DNA of 64,000 nucleotides from Escherichia coli (GTDB lineage Bacteria; Pseudomonadota; Gammaproteobacteria; Enterobacterales; Enterobacteriaceae): NCBI RefSeq assembly GCF_046105845.1, contig NZ_CP151004.1; one strand, 5' to 3'. Shown piece by piece: positions 59,157 to 64,000 of this stretch (position 1 is its first letter; each line of letters starts with the position of its first letter). The notes under the pieces were generated by a model. It saw only the letters and a program-made list of their open reading frames with translations, ran no database searches and was not told where the DNA came from. The position numbers and the translations under genes were made by a program.

Positions 59157-60521
59157 ATGATTAGTGCATTCGATATTTTCAAAATTGGGATTGGTCCCTC
59201 CAGTTCGCATACCGTGGGGCCAATGAATGCCGGAAAAAGTTTTATTGATCGGCTGGAAAGTAGCGGCTTATTAACCGCGACGAGCCATATTGTGGTCGAT
59301 CTGTACGGGTCGTTGTCACTGACGGGCAAAGGCCATGCCACGGATGTCGCCATTATCATGGGACTGGCAGGAAACAGTCCGCAGGATGTTGTCATTGATG
59401 AGATCCCTGCATTTATAGAGTTAGTAACGCGCAGCGGGCGGCTGCCAGTGGCATCTGGTGCGCATATTGTTGATTTTCCTGTAGCAAAGAACATTATCTT
59501 CCATCCCGAAATGTTGCCTCGCCATGAGAACGGAATGCGGATCACTGCCTGGAAGGGACAGGAAGCGCTATTAAGTAAAACCTATTACTCTGTCGGCGGC
59601 GGGTTTATTGTCGAAGAAGAACACTTCGGCCTGTCGCACGATGTCGAAACGTCCGTACCTTACGATTTCCACTCAGCAGGTGAACTGCTGAAAATGTGTG
59701 ATTACAACGGCCTGTCTATATCTGGTCTGATGATGCACAACGAGCTGGCGCTGCGCAGCAAAGCGGAAATTGACGCCGGTTTTGCCCGTATCTGGCAAGT
59801 GATGCATGACGGTATTGAACGCGGGATGAACACTGAAGGCGTGCTGCCTGGTCCGCTCAATGTGCCGCGTCGTGCCGTAGCGCTGCGTCGTCAGCTGGTT
59901 TCCAGCGATAACATCTCTAACGATCCGATGAATGTCATCGACTGGATCAATATGTACGCGCTGGCGGTTAGTGAAGAAAACGCAGCTGGCGGGCGCGTGG
60001 TAACGGCACCGACTAACGGTGCGTGCGGCATTATTCCGGCAGTGCTGGCTTATTACGATAAGTTCCGTCGTCCGGTAAACGAGCGGTCAATTGCCCGCTA
60101 TTTTCTGGCCGCGGGGGCTATTGGCGCGCTGTATAAAATGAACGCCTCCATCTCTGGCGCGGAAGTCGGCTGTCAGGGGGAAATTGGCGTGGCCTGTTCA
60201 ATGGCGGCGGCAGGGTTAACTGAACTCCTGGGCGGCAGTCCGGCGCAGGTATGCAATGCGGCGGAAATCGCGATGGAGCATAACCTTGGGCTGACCTGCG
60301 ATCCGGTTGCCGGACAGGTACAAATCCCGTGCATTGAACGTAATGCCATTAATGCCGTGAAAGCAGTAAACGCCGCGCGGATGGCGATGCGCCGCACCTC
60401 GGCACCGCGTGTTTCACTCGATAAAGTGATCGAGACGATGTATGAAACCGGCAAAGATATGAACGATAAATACCGCGAAACATCACGCGGAGGACTGGCC
60501 ATTAAAGTGGTCTGCGGCTGA
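59157..60521 (+). CDS. tdcG: L-serine dehydratase TdcG (Fe-S type)
   Basis: 454-aa product from [23 protein letters not shown]. Confidence 0.95.
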   Translation: MISAFDIFKIGIGPSSSHTVGPMNAGKSFIDRLESSGLLTATSHIVVDLYGSLSLTGKGHATDVAIIMGLAGNSPQDVVIDEIPAFIELVTRSGRLPVASGAHIVDFPVAKNIIFHPEMLPRHENGMRITAWKGQEALLSKTYYSVGGGFIVEEEHFGLSHDVETSVPYDFHSAGELLKMCDYNGLSISGLMMHNELALRSKAEIDAGFARIWQVMHDGIERGMNTEGVLPGPLNVPRRAVALRRQLVSSDNISNDPMNVIDWINMYALAVSEENAAGGRVVTAPTNGACGIIPAVLAYYDKFRRPVNERSIARYFLAAGAIGALYKMNASISGAEVGCQGEIGVACSMAAAGLTELLGGSPAQVCNAAEIAMEHNLGLTCDPVAGQVQIPCIERNAINAVKAVNAARMAMRRTSAPRVSLDKVIETMYETGKDMNDKYRETSRGGLAIKVVCG

Positions 60522-60545
60522 CATTGCTGTCAGCTTTCATCCTTG

Positions 60546-60572
60546 GGTGCACAAATGTGCACCTTTTTTTTT
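60546..60572 (+). terminator. tdc operon intrinsic terminator
   Basis: ggtgcacaaatgtgcacc followed by ttttttttt. Confidence 0.85.
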
Positions 60573-60796
60573 GTGATCTGCCGCAAATAGAGAATGAATA
60601 TTCTCTTGCAGTTAATTTAGTAGAAAATTCTTATCCATCTCCGTTATTTCAAAGTCTTGATTGTGAAGATTTTCTCTGACCTCGCGCGTATCATTTCTTT
60701 ATTCTAATAACTCGCCTGCAAAAACGTAGACCGCATATCGCCTTGATGCGGCTCGGAAAAAAATAATAAGCCCTACAAAATATTGAGCGAGAAATT

Positions 60797-62128
60797 ATGG
60801 AAATTGCATCGAATAAAGGCGTCATTGCAGACGCTTCGACCCCGGCGGGTCGTGCTGGAATGAGTGAGAGCGAGTGGCGAGAAGCGATCAAATTCGACAG
60901 TACTGACACCGGCTGGGTGATTATGAGTATCGGGATGGCGATTGGCGCGGGGATTGTTTTTCTCCCGGTGCAGGTCGGTTTGATGGGATTGTGGGTATTT
61001 TTGCTCTCATCGGTGATTGGTTACCCGGCAATGTATCTGTTTCAGCGATTGTTTATTAATACGCTGGCAGAATCACCAGAATGTAAAGATTACCCGAGCG
61101 TCATTAGCGGTTATTTAGGTAAAAACTGGGGCATCCTGTTAGGTGCACTCTATTTCGTAATGCTGGTGATTTGGATGTTCGTCTATTCCACCGCCATCAC
61201 CAACGATAGTGCTTCCTACCTGCATACCTTCGGCATGACGGAAGGGTTGCTGTCAGACAGTCCCTTTTATGGTCTGGTACTGATTTGCATTCTGGTGGCG
61301 ATCTCCTCACGCGGCGAGAAATTGTTATTCAAAATTTCGACGGGGATGGTGCTGACCAAGCTGCTGGTGGTCGCGGCGCTGGGCGTGTCGATGGTGGGAA
61401 TGTGGCATCTGTATAACGTCGGTTCGCTACCGCCGCTGGGGCTGCTGGTGAAAAACGCCATTATTACGCTGCCGTTTACCCTGACGTCGATTCTGTTTAT
61501 CCAGACGTTAAGCCCGATGGTGATCTCTTATCGCTCGCGGGAAAAATCGATTGAAGTGGCGCGGCATAAAGCATTGCGGGCAATGAATATCGCGTTTGGC
61601 ATTTTGTTTGTCACCGTCTTTTTCTACGCCGTGTCGTTCACGCTGGCGATGGGACATGACGAAGCGGTAAAAGCCTACGAGCAGAATATTTCCGCGCTGG
61701 CAATTGCGGCGCAGTTTATTAGCGGTGACGGCGCAGCGTGGGTGAAAGTGGTCAGCGTCATTCTCAATATCTTTGCAGTAATGACCGCGTTTTTTGGCGT
61801 CTATTTAGGCTTTCGCGAAGCAACGCAAGGGATCGTAATGAACATCCTGCGTCGCAAGATACCTGCCGAGAAGATTAACGAAAATCTCGTTCAGCGCGGC
61901 ATCATGATTTTCGCCATTTTGCTGGCCTGGAGCGCCATCGTACTGAACGCACCGGTGTTGAGCTTCACCTCTATCTGTAGCCCGATTTTCGGCATGGTAG
62001 GGTGCCTGATCCCGGCGTGGCTGGTTTACAAAGTACCGGCATTGCACAAATACAAAGGGATGTCTCTGTACCTGATTATCGTCACTGGTTTGTTGCTTTG
62101 TGTTTCTCCGTTCCTGGCATTTTCTTGA
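60797..62128 (+). CDS. cyuP: Cysteine/serine transporter CyuP (YhaO)
   Basis: 443-aa polytopic membrane protein homologous to TdcC/SdaC-type transporters. Confidence 0.93.
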   Translation: MEIASNKGVIADASTPAGRAGMSESEWREAIKFDSTDTGWVIMSIGMAIGAGIVFLPVQVGLMGLWVFLLSSVIGYPAMYLFQRLFINTLAESPECKDYPSVISGYLGKNWGILLGALYFVMLVIWMFVYSTAITNDSASYLHTFGMTEGLLSDSPFYGLVLICILVAISSRGEKLLFKISTGMVLTKLLVVAALGVSMVGMWHLYNVGSLPPLGLLVKNAIITLPFTLTSILFIQTLSPMVISYRSREKSIEVARHKALRAMNIAFGILFVTVFFYAVSFTLAMGHDEAVKAYEQNISALAIAAQFISGDGAAWVKVVSVILNIFAVMTAFFGVYLGFREATQGIVMNILRRKIPAEKINENLVQRGIMIFAILLAWSAIVLNAPVLSFTSICSPIFGMVGCLIPAWLVYKVPALHKYKGMSLYLIIVTGLLLCVSPFLAFS

Positions 62129-62155
62129 TTTACCTGAAATTTTAAGGTTTTTAAT

Positions 62156-63466
62156 ATGTTTGATTCGACTTTAAATCCGTTATGGCAGCGTTACATCCTC
62201 GCCGTTCAGGAGGAGGTAAAACCGGCGCTGGGGTGTACTGAACCGATTTCACTGGCGCTGGCGGCGGCGGTTGCTGCGGCTGAACTGGAAGGTCCGGTTG
62301 AACGTGTAGAAGCCTGGGTTTCGCCAAATCTGATGAAGAACGGTCTGGGTGTCACCGTTCCCGGTACAGGAATGGTGGGGCTGCCAATTGCGGCGGCGCT
62401 GGGAGCGTTAGGTGGAAATGCTAACGCCGGGCTGGAAGTGCTGAAAGACGCAACTGCGCAGGCAATTTCCGATGCCAAAGCACTGCTGGCGGCGGGGAAA
62501 GTCTCAGTTAAGATCCAGGAACCTTGCGATGAAATCCTCTTCTCACGCGCCAAAGTCTGGAACGGTGAGAAGTGGGCGTGTGTCACCATCGTCGGCGGGC
62601 ATACCAACATTGTGCATATTGAGACGCACAATGGTGTGGTGTTTACCCAGCAGGCGTGTGTGACAGAGGGCGAGCAAGAGTCGCCGCTGACGGTGCTTTC
62701 CAGGACGACGCTGGCTGAGATCCTGAAGTTCGTCAATGAAGTCCCGTTTGCGGCGATCCGCTTTATTCTCGATTCTGCGAAGTTAAATAGTGCGTTATCG
62801 CAGGAAGGTTTGAGCGGTAACTGGGGGCTGCATATTGGCGCGACGCTGGAAAAACAGTGCGCGCGCGGCTTGCTGGCGAAAGATCTCTCTTCATCCATTG
62901 TGATTCGTACCAGCGCGGCATCCGATGCGCGTATGGGCGGCGCTACGCTTCCGGCAATGAGTAACTCCGGCTCGGGTAACCAGGGGATCACTGCAACAAT
63001 GCCTGTGGTGGTGGTAGCAGAACACTTCGGGGCCGATGATGAACGGCTGGCGCGTGCGCTGATGCTTTCGCATTTGAGCGCGATTTACATCCATAACCAG
63101 TTACCGCGTTTGTCTGCGCTTTGTGCCGCAACGACCGCAGCAATGGGGGCCGCCGCCGGGATGGCATGGCTGGTGGATGGGCGTTATGAAACCATCTCGA
63201 TGGCGATCAGCAGTATGATCGGCGATGTCAGCGGCATGATTTGCGATGGTGCGTCGAACAGCTGCGCGATGAAGGTTTCGACCAGTGCTTCGGCTGCGTG
63301 GAAAGCGGTGTTAATGGCGCTGGATGATACCGCAGTGACCGGCAATGAAGGGATCGTGGCGCATGATGTTGAGCAGTCGATTGCCAACCTGTGTGCGTTA
63401 GCAAGCCATTCGATGCAGCAAACGGATCGGCAGATTATCGAGATTATGGCGAGCAAGGCCAGATAA
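62156..63466 (+). CDS. cyuA: L-cysteine desulfidase CyuA (YhaM, UPF0597)
   Basis: 436-aa [41 protein letters not shown]... Confidence 0.93.
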   Translation: MFDSTLNPLWQRYILAVQEEVKPALGCTEPISLALAAAVAAAELEGPVERVEAWVSPNLMKNGLGVTVPGTGMVGLPIAAALGALGGNANAGLEVLKDATAQAISDAKALLAAGKVSVKIQEPCDEILFSRAKVWNGEKWACVTIVGGHTNIVHIETHNGVVFTQQACVTEGEQESPLTVLSRTTLAEILKFVNEVPFAAIRFILDSAKLNSALSQEGLSGNWGLHIGATLEKQCARGLLAKDLSSSIVIRTSAASDARMGGATLPAMSNSGSGNQGITATMPVVVVAEHFGADDERLARALMLSHLSAIYIHNQLPRLSALCAATTAAMGAAAGMAWLVDGRYETISMAISSMIGDVSGMICDGASNSCAMKVSTSASAAWKAVLMALDDTAVTGNEGIVAHDVEQSIANLCALASHSMQQTDRQIIEIMASKAR

Positions 63467-63482
63467 ACGCCAGGTTTTGGGT

Positions 63483-63521
63483 ATCGTGCCGGATTAGGCG
63501 TTTACGCCGCATCCGGCACCT
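63483..63521. repeat. REP element between cyuA and yhaL
   Basis: gccggattaggcgtttacgccgcatccggcacc. Confidence 0.75.
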
Positions 63522-63525
63522 GTCT

Positions 63526-63690
63526 TTACGCGGTAGCTTCATCCTCGGCTAAACGCGTTTCAGCATCAGCGACGATGGCTTCCAGCTCGCTCAACATCTC
63601 TTCATAGCCAAAATTTTTGGCGGTGCGAGCAGGTTCTTTCGCCACCACGGGCTTCACTGGCTGGCGCTTTTTGGCCGATTTTTTACTCAT
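63526..63690 (-). CDS. yhaL: Small protein YhaL (54 aa)
   Basis: Minus-strand ORF MSKKSAKKRQPVKPVVAKEPARTAKNFGYEEMLSELEAIVADAETRLAEDEATA; below the 60-aa cutoff of the ORF track; two further in-frame ATGs lie immediately upstream. Confidence 0.7.
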   Translation of the reverse strand: MSKKSAKKRQPVKPVVAKEPARTAKNFGYEEMLSELEAIVADAETRLAEDEATA

Positions 63691-63712
63691 CATCATCTCC
63701 CTGTTAAAACAA

Positions 63713-64000
63713 CTAGACAGGCAAATCTATCAGCAAAGCGCGCAGTGGGGAATCGGCAACCAGCGTAATGTTAGCCTCGTCACGAATAAACGCCCCATCA
63801 CCGCAGGTTAGCGCCGCTTTCTCTTCATGATGCGTAAGCGCATGAAATTTCCCGTGAATCGATTGCAAATACGCGCGTGGCCCATGCAACTGGAAATTCG
63901 CACTTTCGCCTTTGTCGAGCACGATATGGTGTAGCCACACTTGTTGGCGTAATTGCAGACTTCCCATCGCACCCTCTGGCGAGGCGATTAATTGCTGCTT
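63713..64000 (-). CDS. yhaK: Pirin-like protein YhaK, C-terminal part (5' end outside the window)
   Basis: Open frame continuing past the window edge; position matches yhaK. Confidence 0.8.
   Translation of the reverse strand, partial: KQQLIASPEGAMGSLQLRQQVWLHHIVLDKGESANFQLHGPRAYLQSIHGKFHALTHHEEKAALTCGDGAFIRDEANITLVADSPLRALLIDLPV

Noticed and set aside
62206-62991. 261-aa minus-strand ORF antisense to cyuA (yhaM)
   Set aside because: Ala/Ser/Pro-rich low-complexity translation; shadow ORF.

Overview
This window is a contiguous Escherichia coli-type chromosomal segment, reverse-complemented relative to the K-12 map (about 71 min), running from the 3' part of infB to the 3' part of yhaK. Gene calls rest on my recognition of the translated ORFs and their order; no database search was run. 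Content in order: infB-rbfA-truB-rpsO-pnp, nlpI, deaD, mtr, a two-gene low-GC islet, yhbW, ubiV-ubiU / ubiT-yhbS, yhbQ, yhbP, yhbO, yraR, yraQ, dolP-diaA-yraN-lpoA, rsmI, the yraHIJK chaperone-usher fimbrial operon, a complete aga/kba N-acetylgalactosamine/galactosamine cluster, prlF-yhaV toxin-antitoxin, garD / garPLRK, rnpB, yhaC-yhaB, tdcR / tdcABCDEFG, cyuP-cyuA (yhaO-yhaM), yhaL and yhaK. The strain is not K-12-like: agaW, agaE, agaF and agaA are all intact, and about 1.45 kb of extra DNA sits between mtr and yhbW. That islet is the best candidate for something undescribed: it carries a YafK/DpaA-like L,D-transpeptidase-fold paralog and a divergent 176-aa acidic protein I cannot place. 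Other points worth a second look are a decayed PTS IIB/IID gene relic between yraH and agaI, a duplicated rnpB 3' end/terminator unit, and the AT-rich yhaC-yhaB pair beside rnpB. No CRISPR array, tRNA, rRNA, IS element or integrase was seen.
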